NCBI GenBank assembly: GCA_002269645.1
Contig: NIVC01001575.1
Span: forward strand, 162,691 to 226,690
Direction of reading: 5' to 3'
Source of the DNA: Macrostomum lignano
Taxonomy: Eukaryota
Length of the DNA: 64,000 nucleotides
The translations under genes were made by a program, and so were the position numbers. Under the pieces are notes generated by a model. The model was not told the DNA's origin. It saw only the letters and a program-made list of their open reading frames with translations, and did not search any database. Numbering within the stretch: the stretch's first letter is position 1; the number at the start of each line of letters is the position of its first letter. This document shows, one piece after another, positions 13,521 to 24,273 of this stretch.

Positions 13521-16500
13521 TTTCTACTACTACTACTACTGCTTCTACTACTACTACTACTTCTACTACTACTACTACTACTACTAATACAATTTCTACT
13601 ACTACTACTACTATTTCTACTACTACTACTACTTCTACTACTACTACTACTACTAATACAATTTCTACTACTACTACTACTATTTCTACTACTACTACTA
13701 CTTCTACTTCTACTACTACTACTACTACTACTATTTCTACTACTACTACTACTACTGCTGCTACTAAGATGCGACTACTAAAGCTCACGGATAAACCAGC
13801 AGTATGCAGTAGAGCAGCGAGGTCCTGCAGTACACAAAGTAGCTCATCCAGCAGAAAAGCGCCGCCCAACAACAAGACAGCGCGCATAGCAGGGCCAGAC
13901 AGGCAGTGAAGCAGCATCTGTTAGGGATGCTTTTAAGCTGCCGGAACAGAGTTAGCAGCAGCGGCAGGCACAGCATTGAGACCAGGTACCCGACCAGCTT
14001 GTAGTCGATAAGACGAAAATTCTGTAGAGGGGGTTTGACAGGTTAACCGCAAGTTTTGCAATCAAATTTATCTACCATTTATCTTTATCTTCATTTATCT
14101 ACCACATTTGCACATTAGTTGTACTTTTGTAATGCAGATAGAACATGCCGACAAAGAAGGGCACCCAACACCCAAGAGACAGGGGCGCCCACCTAAGAGA
14201 CAGGGGCGCCCACCTGAGAGGACAGGGGCGCCCACTTGAGAGGACACGGGCGCCCACCTGAGAGGACAGGGGCGCCCACCTGAGAGGACAGGGGCGCCCA
14301 TCTGAGAGACAGGGGCGCCATCTAAGAGACAGGGGAGCCCTCCTAAGAGACAGGAGCGCCCACCTAAGAGACAGGAGCGCCCACCTAAGAGACAGGAGCG
14401 CCCACCTAAGAGACAGGAGCGCCCACCTAAGAGACAGGGGAGCCCTCCTAAGAGACAGGAGCGCCCAACTAAGACAGGCGCGCCCACCTAAGAGACAGGA
14501 GCGCGCACCGGAGAGGACAGGGGCGCCCACCTGAGAGGACAGGACGCCCACCGGAGAGGACAGAGGCGCCCACCTGAGAGACAGGCGCGCCCACCTGAGA
14601 GACAGGCGCGCCTACCTGAGAGACAGGGGTGCCGTGCCAATTTAAGAGAGAGGGGTGCCCTCCTGAGAGACAGGCGCGCCTACCTGAGAGACAGGGGTGC
14701 CGTGCCAATTTAAGAGAGAGGGGTACCCTCCTGAGAGACAGGGGCGCCCAGCTAAGAGACAGCCAGGTGGATAACGAGGCAGTGATAAAAAAAGGAACAA
14801 AACTACATAATGTACTTACAATGGCATACTGATGATGCGAATTAGGCAGCCACCAGGTTGTCTTGTACAGGTGAATGTACTGCAGTGACATACAGCTGAA
14901 GCTGAAGAACAGCATAAAAACTGAAAATGGCAGCTCGCTATCAGCTGGAATATGAGGAATCCTGGCGTGCTTCGGCTGCACCAGCAAAGTTGCTGAGCTG
15001 GCTGACTGGTTGCTATGAGGCGAATTGTCATCTCCGGCACTGAGTGGAATTGGTTGTTCATATTTATGCACATGATTTTAATTTTTTTAATTTTTAATTT
15101 TAATTTTTGTTTGTAGTTAATTTCTTTTGCAGAGTAACACATAGTTTATCTGGCCTTTTTTTCCAAATATTTAAAAACAGACAAAGTGATTAGTTTCAAG
15201 ATTTAAGGCCCTAGACAAAGTAAGTTATAAAACTTGACTAGAAAACAGCTCATTTGCTAAATGCTTATATAAGGCTTGAAAAGAGTTTTTAAGATGCCAA
15301 GGCTGAAAGGAGATACTGATATCTTAGGCTAAATAGCTGGCTTTCTACAAATTTCTACAAATAAGAAGTCTGACAATAGTGACAGTAAAATGCTTTCTAT
15401 ATAATTTTATCTTTTTTCTTAAAAAGAAAAAAACCCAATCTAGAAGGTTATAAGATAGCTTTTTCCAATACTTTAGTTATCTAGAAATGGATCTAGATAT
15501 AGAATATAACTAATAGATGCATTTTGGTACAATTTATCAACATCTAATACTATAATATTTATAAATTCGAACATTTTAGCATATAGTCAATTAAGTAAAG
15601 GACAACTTAAAATATCATTCTGCTTGAATTTATTTAACATTTAGGCCCCTATTGCAGTCAATGGCCATTATTGCAGCATGGATTTCCCTTCAATGGGAAT
15701 TCCCTTTAATGTTGGTATAGGGCCATAGTTTAGAATACACTGAATGTATGCCAGACTAAAATCTTGCAGTTTATTTGGTATGTAACAGGGTTTATTCCTC
15801 TGTCTTTATGAACAATCCCACCGCTGGTACCAAAGTTGTAATAGTGGTTATTGTTCTCTCTAGTAAATCCTATCACTAAGTCACCAAGTTGTTACAGGCG
15901 TTTTGGCTCTCTATGAAATTATCCCACTGCTGCAACCAAGTTGTCAAAGGGCTGATTCTTCTGTCTCTTCAGATGATTCCACAGCTATCACTAAAGTTGT
16001 CAAAGGGCTAAACTCCTGTTTTTATAAATGTTGGTAGCTGCCACCAAGACTATTCTATTAATAAATTATGAGTTTATTTATCTTAGAATAAGTCTGAGAA
16101 TATTTATTAGAATAGGTCTGAGTATTTAGTCTGAGTATTATTCTTAGAAAACTATTAGCCCTGAAAGATTTTACTCCTCTGTTATTCTGGTAGCATTCTA
16201 TTTAATAATTTGGCCTGAGCAGTATTTTGGCTTACTGGTATATGTATTCTATGTACTTTGCAAGTCCTTGGGCGTTACCAAGATCAGAGGGTCACAGCCT
16301 CCGGTTATGTATTGACTTCGGATCTACTTTGTATCCTGATTGCAGCGCATGGGCATTTTGGCGGACGGCGTCCGGCGCGGATCTAATACGGCGCGGCGCG
16401 GCGCATACGGCGCGGCGTGGCGCGTACGGCGCGCGGCAATTAGTACGGCGCGGCGCGGTACTAATTAGATGCCGAGGCATTTAGGCTTGATAAGACAGTC

Positions 16501-17901
16501 ATAGTTACTCCTGCCGTTTACCCAAAACTGCGTTAATTTTGCTTTAGGGTTTCTTTCACAGGTAAGTCATTTCACAGCGTGGCGCAGGTTGTGTAGGCGT
16601 CTGGCGTACTTAAGCCATGCGCTGCAATAGGGCTTTGTATCCTCTTATTACTTCCACTTCTCAGTAATATATACTGTATATGCTTTGGTCTACTTCACTC
16701 TTACTTTGTGAAAGGAATTAATGCAGAAAACACTTCTTCAATTCTTATTTTCTCGGAACTTTTACTATTTGTTATCAACTATTTTGTTAGTGAACCTCGG
16801 TGCACAAGGTTGTCTTCTCCTCTGCTGAAATTGCTTCTATTTATACTAAAATTTGCTACAGTTTTAAACAAAAATTTGTTAGTGCAAAATATTGTAGAAA
16901 ATACAAGTATTAAAACAAAATATGTTTCTTAGTTTTGGCGTGAATTCAAATTGACTAAATGGTGACTATTTTATAAAGAAATCGGGAGGGGCCCTGCACA
17001 GGTATGCCAGTGTTTTTTTTCCAACCTTTTCCAACCCAGAAAAAATGAGGCTCATTACAAGCTTCATTTGTGATGTTGCAATGCACCAAAATACCTTTTT
17101 TTGCTTCTTTGTTTCACTTTTTAGCTTTTTTTGCTGATATTCTTTATAGCAGGAAGTCAATACATGCCAAGATTTCTTTCATTCTTTCAAAGTAATTACT
17201 TTCCTTTTAAAATTTACTTTTATTTCACAATTTGATTCTGCAACTGCAGGAACATGTACGTCACTTTTTCACTATCCATTTTTATATGCCAGATAGTATG
17301 CCAGATTTCAAAAAAAAAATTTGTACACCAAGTGTATGCCAAAAGTCCTGAGTGTAGGCAGGCATATGCCAGCGAGATTAATCCGGCGTACTACCCCTCT
17401 TCTGGACTTTGAGTATAGGACGCTTTTTAATTTCTTTTTTAAATTTATATTAAATATAATTTGTAAAAACTATATAATGAAAACTAATTATGCATTAATA
17501 ATTTTATGGCTATAATTTTATGGGCTCATAAGTATAAACAGATACCTGTTAATAGTTTTAGAAAATGGTTAGCCTAATTAATAGATAAACAATTTATATA
17601 TGACTATGAGCATTAACATATGGTCTTACTAGCACTAGGCATTATATTTTTAACTCAAGTTTAAACACCATTAGCATCAGTAAAAGTTTCCCTTGTCTAA
17701 ATCAGCTTTTTTATCAGCTTGACTACAAAAGCATTTTTGCTCAATGAGTCTACAAGATTAAGTCTATAGTCAACTTCTCTAAAATGACAAAAATAGTTTA
17801 TTACAAAAAAATTGTAACGAGCTCTGGACATAGCAGTTTTTTACCAATACTTACACGTATGAATGTGATATGCGCGATATATTGCGTTTTATCGCAGGCA
17901 T
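8587..17901 (-). CDS. TMEM39: Transmembrane protein 39 (TMEM39A/B-like), about 458 aa
   Basis: Exons 17855-17901 (MPAIKRNISR), 14820-15039, 13789-14021, 11995-12334, 9526-9729, 8587-8919; phases consistent, total 1377 nt. Motifs LQYIHLYKTTWWLP, NFRLIDY, LKSDFNGRLK, LHRCALHLGCW, WQQGALVKH, HSRFHSLF match recalled TMEM39A. Confidence 0.9.
9004..9465 (+). repeat. 17-19-bp GC-rich minisatellite, about 25 copies, last TMEM39 intron
   Basis: Unit gcgccagctacagaggg(g/a). Confidence 0.95.
10205..10740 (+). repeat. About 107-bp dimeric tandem repeat, 4-5 copies
   Basis: Alternating subunits of about 45 and 61 bp, both containing agccaat(g/a)agagagcagtaagg. Confidence 0.9.
11620..11790 (+). repeat. 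(ATCT)n microsatellite
   Basis: Direct reading. Confidence 0.95.
12490..13765 (+). repeat. Degenerate (TAC)n trinucleotide array, about 1.27 kb, TMEM39 intron
   Basis: TAC repeats with in-register TTC/TGC/TTT variants; lies between exons 13789 and 12334. Confidence 0.95.
14170..14765 (+). repeat. About 21-22-bp GC-rich minisatellite, TMEM39 intron
   Basis: Unit acaggggcgcccacctgagagg and variants. Confidence 0.9.
15815..16050 (+). repeat. Old degenerate tandem repeat, period about 53 bp
   Basis: Recurrent cca(a)agttgt(c)aaagggc-like blocks at roughly 53-bp spacing. Confidence 0.45.
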
Positions 17902-18552
17902 CGTCTGTTTGACCAAGACAATAAAATTAAGAAACTTCTGAGTCCTGAAACTATTAATGTACAAGTACAAAGTAGTAGTCACAACCACTAGTTAGATTTA
18001 TTTTATATTAAGTCTTGACAAAGTCGCAAAAGTACAACATAACTAGGAGGTACAATGCTGAAACTCAGACAAAGTAATTGAGTTTTTGCTAGCTATTATT
18101 TATTTATTGATTATTGTTTTTTATTTTAGGCACTAAGATATCGAAATTGATTGTTCTTAGAAACATCGAACTTAAATTGCTGCTTCCGACAATTTATAAA
18201 AATTAGTGCATATCTAAACAAAAAATAAATTAATAACACACATGGTATACATAAAACATATTGAAAGCAAAAGTTTTTTTAACGGCGTAAAAGTTTATCT
18301 CTCTTGACCGAAAAAATACTGTACGCTTTTATGCGAGTGTATGTCTGACATTTAAGAGCCCGATCCCCGATGTGCCTGAGAACTGTATGGAAAATTTATA
18401 TTGCGCCAGTCTGGAATCAAGTATTTTAGTAGTTTTTAACAAATAAATAATGCAGTGGCAAACAGAATTAGCTACACAGAAATGACGTTAAGAGTTATTG
18501 ATGTTCAAATCTGTCTGAAAGTATGACAGGTAAAAGTCAATTACCGTAACAA

Positions 18553-18600
18553 GGAAAAATCAAGGACTTCTAGACTAGTCTAGAAGTCCTTGGGAAAAAT
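18553..18600. mobile_element. 32-bp perfect palindrome flanked by perfect 8-bp direct repeats (micro-MITE or footprint)
   Basis: caaggacttctagactagtctagaagtccttg (18561-18592) equals its own reverse complement; ggaaaaat at 18553-18560 and 18593-18600. Confidence 0.75.
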
Positions 18601-19384
18601 GAAATCAATAATCAAACACGCTATAATTTGTTAGTCGTACCAATTCGAGAATGTATACTTGGTCACATAACTCTAATGCATGCTGGACTTAGTGTATTTT
18701 TGAGTCGCACAAACAATTAAGTTAAATTTAAAAAAGCTAAATAAGGATCACGAGCTAGTTACGATAAACCTTGCAGAAGTTAGCTGCTAAGAAAACAAAA
18801 GAGGGGTACCTATAAATACTTACTCAGGTAAACGGGAAAAACAATTATTAATCAATAATTGCAGAGAAGCTAACAAAAAAACAGGCAAGATTGTGCAAAT
18901 TAGTAATATCTAAGGGCAAAGTGCACAGAAGCATGCAGTTAGAAAGCAAAGCAAGCAGATAAAGTGGATGATAAGTGAGGAAATAAATAAGCAAGCAGTT
19001 ATTTAGCATTATATTTGAACAATATTACAAATTACAACAGCAAAGTAAGTGGGGAAATAAAACAACAAATTGCTATTTGCAGAAACAGAAATGAGATATA
19101 GATAAAAACATGAACTATTTGTTCAAAAAAAGTATTGGGCCAACAAGCGGTGTATTTTAATGTTGATTGGCTTAAATAAAATATTACCATTAAAAACCAA
19201 ATATTGAAAGAATCAAGTAGAAAACGCCAACTCTGCAATAGGCAGACTATGGAAAAAGTTCCACTGACAAAATTTATTCTCAGACTTGGAATTTGAAGAA
19301 AAACTGTGTTGATAAATTAAACAAAGTTTATTACATTATTCGCCTACTAACAGTAGGCTAATCGTGACATCTTACAAATCAGAT

Positions 19385-19885
19385 TAGAGTGAGACAGAGA
19401 TAGACCAGACTGAGACAGAGATAGACCAGACTGAGGCAGAGATAGACCAGACTGAGAGAGAGATAGACCAGACTGAGGCAGAGATAGACCAGACTGAGAG
19501 AGAGATAGACCAGACTGAGACAGAGATAGACCAGACTGAGAGAGAGATAGACCAGACTGAGACGGAGATAGACCAGACTGAGGCAGAGATAGACCAGACT
19601 GAGAGAGAGATAGACCAGACTGAGACAGAGATAGACCAGACTGAGAGAGAGATAGACCAGACTGAGACGGAGATAGACCAGACTGAGGCAGAGATAGACC
19701 AGACTGAGACGGAGATAGACCAGACTGAGGCAGAGATAGACCAGACTGAGACGGAGATAGACCAGACTGAGACGGAGATAGACCAGACTGAGACGGAGAT
19801 AGACCAGACTGAGGCAGAGATAGACCAGACTGAGACGGAGATAGACCAGACTGAGACGGAGATAGACCAGACTGAGACGGAGATA
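19385..19885 (+). repeat. 21-bp minisatellite, about 24 copies, just 3' of the LOTUS-only ORF
   Basis: Unit agagatagaccagactgag(a/g)c. Confidence 0.95.
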
Positions 19886-19906
19886 GACAGGCCACAAAAA
19901 TCTAAC

Positions 19907-20323
19907 CTAAGCCGCTGGGGCAGGACTAAACGGATCTAAAACGGGCGGCGGCGGCGGCGGCGGCGGTGGCGGAGGCGGCGGTCGCCTCGGTCGCTCGGCC
20001 CGAATCAGACTGACAATATGAGCAGTCCTGGGAGTGACAACTCCGTGACAGACAATCCGACGACCTGAGACCTCAATTTGGACAACGTGCGGCAGAGACT
20101 CCAGATATTGGCGCAGATTGGCGTATTGACCGCCGAAGCTCCAGTCTAGCGGTCGATGGCACAGTCGTAAATATTGCCGTTCAAGCGACGGCAGAGGGAC
20201 ACCCCGTCGAGCTGATAACAGAACAGCCCTAAGTTGGCTCTCCTGTTCAAGGATACGAGCGTGCTGCTGCTGCCGTTCCGCGTCTGGAACTGGCGCCGCT
20301 TCCACTGCCGCCGCTTGAGCCAT
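19907..20323 (-). CDS. Stand-alone eLOTUS (OST-HTH) domain protein with poly-Pro tail, about 138 aa
   Basis: ATG 20323. EQESQLRAVLLSARRGVPLPSLERQYLRL...LRQYLESLPHVVQIE...CHGVVTPRTAHIVSLIRAER parallels the recalled TDRD7/TDRD5 N-terminal LOTUS (LRAVLQSHKNGVALPRLQGEY...LEAYLRSVPAVVRIE...TETARIAQLVARQR). Confidence 0.8.
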   Translation of the reverse strand: MAQAAAVEAAPVPDAERQQQHARILEQESQLRAVLLSARRGVPLPSLERQYLRLCHRPLDWSFGGQYANLRQYLESLPHVVQIEVSGRRIVCHGVVTPRTAHIVSLIRAERPRRPPPPPPPPPPPPPVLDPFSPAPAA

Positions 20324-20443
20324 GCAAAATATAGGCAATTTCACTTGCTATTAGGCATTTCACAGATTGGAAACTACTATAAGTAGAAAGAATGCGATGC
20401 GAAACTAACTATGATTACAACATTCAATGTTTGTGTGATGAGA

Positions 20444-20885
20444 CTGACTGACTGACTAACTGACTGACTGACTGACTGACTGACTGACTGACTGACTGAC
20501 TGACTGACTGACTGACTGACTGACTGACTGACTGACTGACTGACTGACTGACTGACTGACTGACTGACTGACTGACTGACTGACTGACTGACTGACTGAC
20601 TGACTGACTGACTGACTGACTGACTGACTGACTGACTGACTGACTGACTGACTGACTGACTGACTGACTGACTGACTGACTGACTGACTGACTGACTGAC
20701 TGACTGACTGACTGACTGACTGAGCGATTGAGTGAGAGGGTGAGCGATTGAGAGAGTGAGAGAATGAGTTAGTGAGCGAGAGTCGGTGAGTGAGTGAGCG
20801 AGAGTCGGTGAGTGAGTGAGCGAGAGTCGGTGAGTGAGTGAGTGAGAGTCGGTGAGTGAGTGAGCGACAGTCAGTGAGTGAGTGA
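20444..20885 (+). repeat. (ACTG)n microsatellite, about 69 copies, followed by degenerate GAGT repeats
   Basis: Direct reading; pure run about 20444-20722. Confidence 0.95.
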
Positions 20886-21379
20886 TCAAATAAATGAGTG
20901 ATAAGTAATTAAATAAACATTTTGAAATTTCTCAAACAGAAAAATAAACGCAAATGAAACACCACAGGAAATTTTATTTCGTTTATTAAAAAAAGGTAAT
21001 AATTGGTATAGTAATAATGATGACAGTCTGAAGATTTATTAGTATACTTTTTATATTATTATTATATAATACTCATATTTATACCTATATTTAAAACTAA
21101 TTATTTAAGAACACCGGAAAAAGAAGCTATTTAACAAAATAAACAAAAATAGTTAGGATATATAATTGGCAGTTAATATACTTTTTTCTAAAAATAAACT
21201 TATAAATCGACCTTTGCAACAGAAACTGGCAAAGATAATTATAGTTAGTAAATGCTTTATGCACACAAATTTGCACTACGCATGTACAATATTATGAAGG
21301 CGTCTTGGAGCAAATCAAATGAAATCGCATAATATTATTTTATCGAGAGTTGAATAAACCACTCGCTAGCCAATCAAAA

Positions 21380-21845
21380 AATTGCATATCTTATCAAACT
21401 TTCTTTATCAGCCAATCAGAGAATCACAAATCTTATCTAACTTTCTTTATCAGCCAATTAGAGAATCGCATGTCTTATCTAACTTTCTACATCAGCCAAT
21501 GAGAGAATCGCAAGTCTTATCTAACTTTCTACATCAGCCAATCAGAGAATCGCAAGTCTTATCTAACTTTCTACATCAGCCAATCAGAGAATCGCATGTC
21601 TTATCTAACTTTCTACATCAGCCAATCAGAGAATCGCTTGTCTTATCTAACTTTCTTTACCAGCCAATCAGAGAATCGCATGTCTTATCTAACTTTCTTC
21701 ATCAGCCAATCAGAGAATCGCATGTCTTATCTAACTTTCTTCATCAGCCAATCAGAAAAATCGCATATCTTATCTAACTTTCTTTATCAGCCAATCAGAG
21801 AATCGCATATCTCATCTAACTTTCTTCATCAGCCAATCAGAGAAT
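21380..21845 (+). repeat. 42-bp minisatellite, about 11 copies, each with AGCCAATCAG
   Basis: Unit atcagccaatcagagaatcgcatgtcttatctaactttcttc, between the two LOTUS genes. Confidence 0.95.
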
Positions 21846-21910
21846 CTCGTTATTTTTCCTTCATCAGATGACTTTCAGGTCAAGTTGGTTTACTATGCTC
21901 AACTGTCTTC

Positions 21911-22747
21911 TCAATTGACCAGCTCAACCAATGGCAGCAAGCCGGCAGTCTCACTGCTTTTAGTCAGCAGCCGAAAATTCCTGGCCGGCAGCCAGCCGTC
22001 ATCACTGGAACAGCCGCCAGTCAGCACCCTACTGACGCTGCGCCGCTGACACCTGACAAAACCGCAGGCTGGCGGCAAATTAGCCAATCGCAATCGAATG
22101 AAGCCAAGTTCGCGAGCCATTTGTTTTATTAAATCTTCGTTCGCCTGCCGCCTAGATAAGTGCAATATAAGGCGACACACAGGCGGCAGGCGAATCAGCT
22201 GATCTAGCTGGATTCGCTGACAGCTGCTGCTGCTGCTGTTGAATGGCCAGTCCATCAGCACAATGTCGCCTAATTCAGCCGAATAGTCCACGTCTAGCAG
22301 TCGGCATCGAGCCAGACAGCCGTCCGCTTCAACTAGATAGATTTCGTCCGATAGAATGACATCGGCTTGGCAGCGAACTCGACAGTGAAGAGCCGGCTCG
22401 GCAGTCAGGCGATTCAGTAACTGCCCGGCTTCGTCCAGTGTCGACTCAATTGAGCGGCGAAGCTCGACGATCGGGATGGTTTCTATAGCAACAAGATCTT
22501 CGGCGGCGGCCTCGTCAGAGTTCAAGAGGCGATAGCGGGCGGTAAACTGTTGGCCAGAGCGAAGCGCTGATAGGTTGATGAAGCTCGTCTCGATGAAGCC
22601 GGGAGTCTGCGGCGGCGGAGACGGCGGCATGAGCAGGTTTGGTTGCTGCTGCTGTTGCTGCTGCTGCGATGGATTTCTTGTGTAGATGTACGGCCTGCAA
22701 AGGGCAGTGTGAAAATACAGGCGCAAAAATAGACAGACACACAGACT

Positions 22748-22803
<56 letters not shown>

Positions 22804-22855
22804 CAGACAGACAGACAATAAGACAGCCGGACAGACAGAGACACACAGACAGAAG

Positions 22856-22903
<48 letters not shown>

Positions 22904-22975
22904 CACAGACAGACAAGACAGACAGACAGACAGACAGACAGACAGGCGGACAGACAGACAGACAGACAGACAGAC

Positions 22976-23060
<85 letters not shown>

Positions 23061-23743
23061 GGCAACTCACGGCAGAGTTTGCAGCGACTCTCTGGCTGCT
23101 GCTGGTCGGGGCGGAGGCGGTGGATTTTGCGACAGCTTCGTCTTTTGAGACGGCCGCATGAGCGGCTTTGGTTGCTTCTGCTGTTGCTGGGATGGAATTC
23201 TGTAGATGTATGGGTTGCAAAGACCGGTTTGCAAATACACACTCTTGGAACGATACTTTGGCTTGAGGACAAATAAACAGATGGACAAACACACAAACAG
23301 ACGCAGACAACTCACGGTAGAGACTGTCTGGCTGCTGGTTGGGGCGGAGGCGGCGCATTTTGCGACACCTTTGCCTTCTGAGGCGGCGGCCGCCTAGAGA
23401 CGGGAGCCGAGCCCGCGCCCCTGTTTCGCTTTCGCTTTTTATTAGACTTCTGCTTGTTGATCAGTTCCACAATAGCGCGAGAGGACTCCGTGACCACGCC
23501 GAAGCACCTGTAGCCGCCGCTGGACATTGGGTCCCGGCTGAGTCGGACCACATGCGGCAGGCCGGAAAGGTACTCCAGCAGAGTGCCCCGGCCTTGAAGG
23601 TCGAGCTGTTTTGAAGCCAGTACGCGATAATCTCTGAGCACTTCGCCAAGAGGCACGCCCTCCTTTGACGAGAGCAGCAGACAGCGGAGATTTACTTCTT
23701 GTTCTTCCTGGAATGCCAGCAGCGGTGACGATTTCCGGGGCAT
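21911..23743 (-). CDS. eLOTUS plus divergent extended-Tudor protein (TDRD5/Tejas-like architecture), about 446 aa
   Basis: Exons 23316-23743, 23071-23199, 21911-22694 (phase 2-2-2, total 1341 nt). LOTUS: [22 protein letters not shown]...[14 protein letters not shown]...[12 protein letters not shown]. Tudor-like: [30 protein letters not shown]...[10 protein letters not shown]. Confidence 0.75.
22733..23059 (+). repeat. (ACAG)n microsatellite in the LOTUS-Tudor intron
   Basis: Direct reading. Confidence 0.95.
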
Positions 23744-23744
23744 C

Positions 23745-24273
23745 GATGAGCCACTGATGACCTAAGGGGAACTGATGACCTACTAAGGATCTCAGGGTAC
23801 TGATTACATACCTATGACCTAATTGATGACCTACTGATGAACTTAAGAGAAGCGATGACCCACTAATGACCTTAGGGGAATCGATGACCTATACTGATGA
23901 CCTTAGGGGATTCGATGACCTATACTGATGACCATAGGGGATTCGTTGACCTATACTGATGACCTTAGGCCTTAGGGGAATCGATGACCTATACTGATGA
24001 CCATAGGCCTTAGGGGAATCGATGACCTATACTGATGACCTTAGGGGATTCGATGACCTATACTGATGACCATAGGCCTTAGGGGAATCGATGACCTATA
24101 CTGATGACCATAGGCCTTAGGGGAATCGATGACCTATACTGATGACCTTAGGGGATTCGATGACCTATACTGATGACCATAGGGGATTCGATGACCTATA
24201 CTGATGACCTTAGGGGATTCGGTGACCTATACTGATGACCTTAGGGGATTCGGTGACCTATACTGATGACCTT
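23745..24273 (+). repeat. 31-37-bp minisatellite abutting the LOTUS-Tudor start codon
   Basis: Unit ctgatgaccttagggga(a/t)tcgatgacctata, with a 6-bp insertion variant. Confidence 0.9.

Noticed and set aside
12484-13917. 477-aa poly-Val/Glu ORF as a membrane protein
   Set aside because: It is the translation of a (TAC)n satellite inside a TMEM39 intron bounded by good splice sites.
19347-21871. SQSGL, LSLVY, SQSV and QPIRES repeat ORFs
   Set aside because: Translations of the 21-bp, 4-bp and 42-bp arrays.
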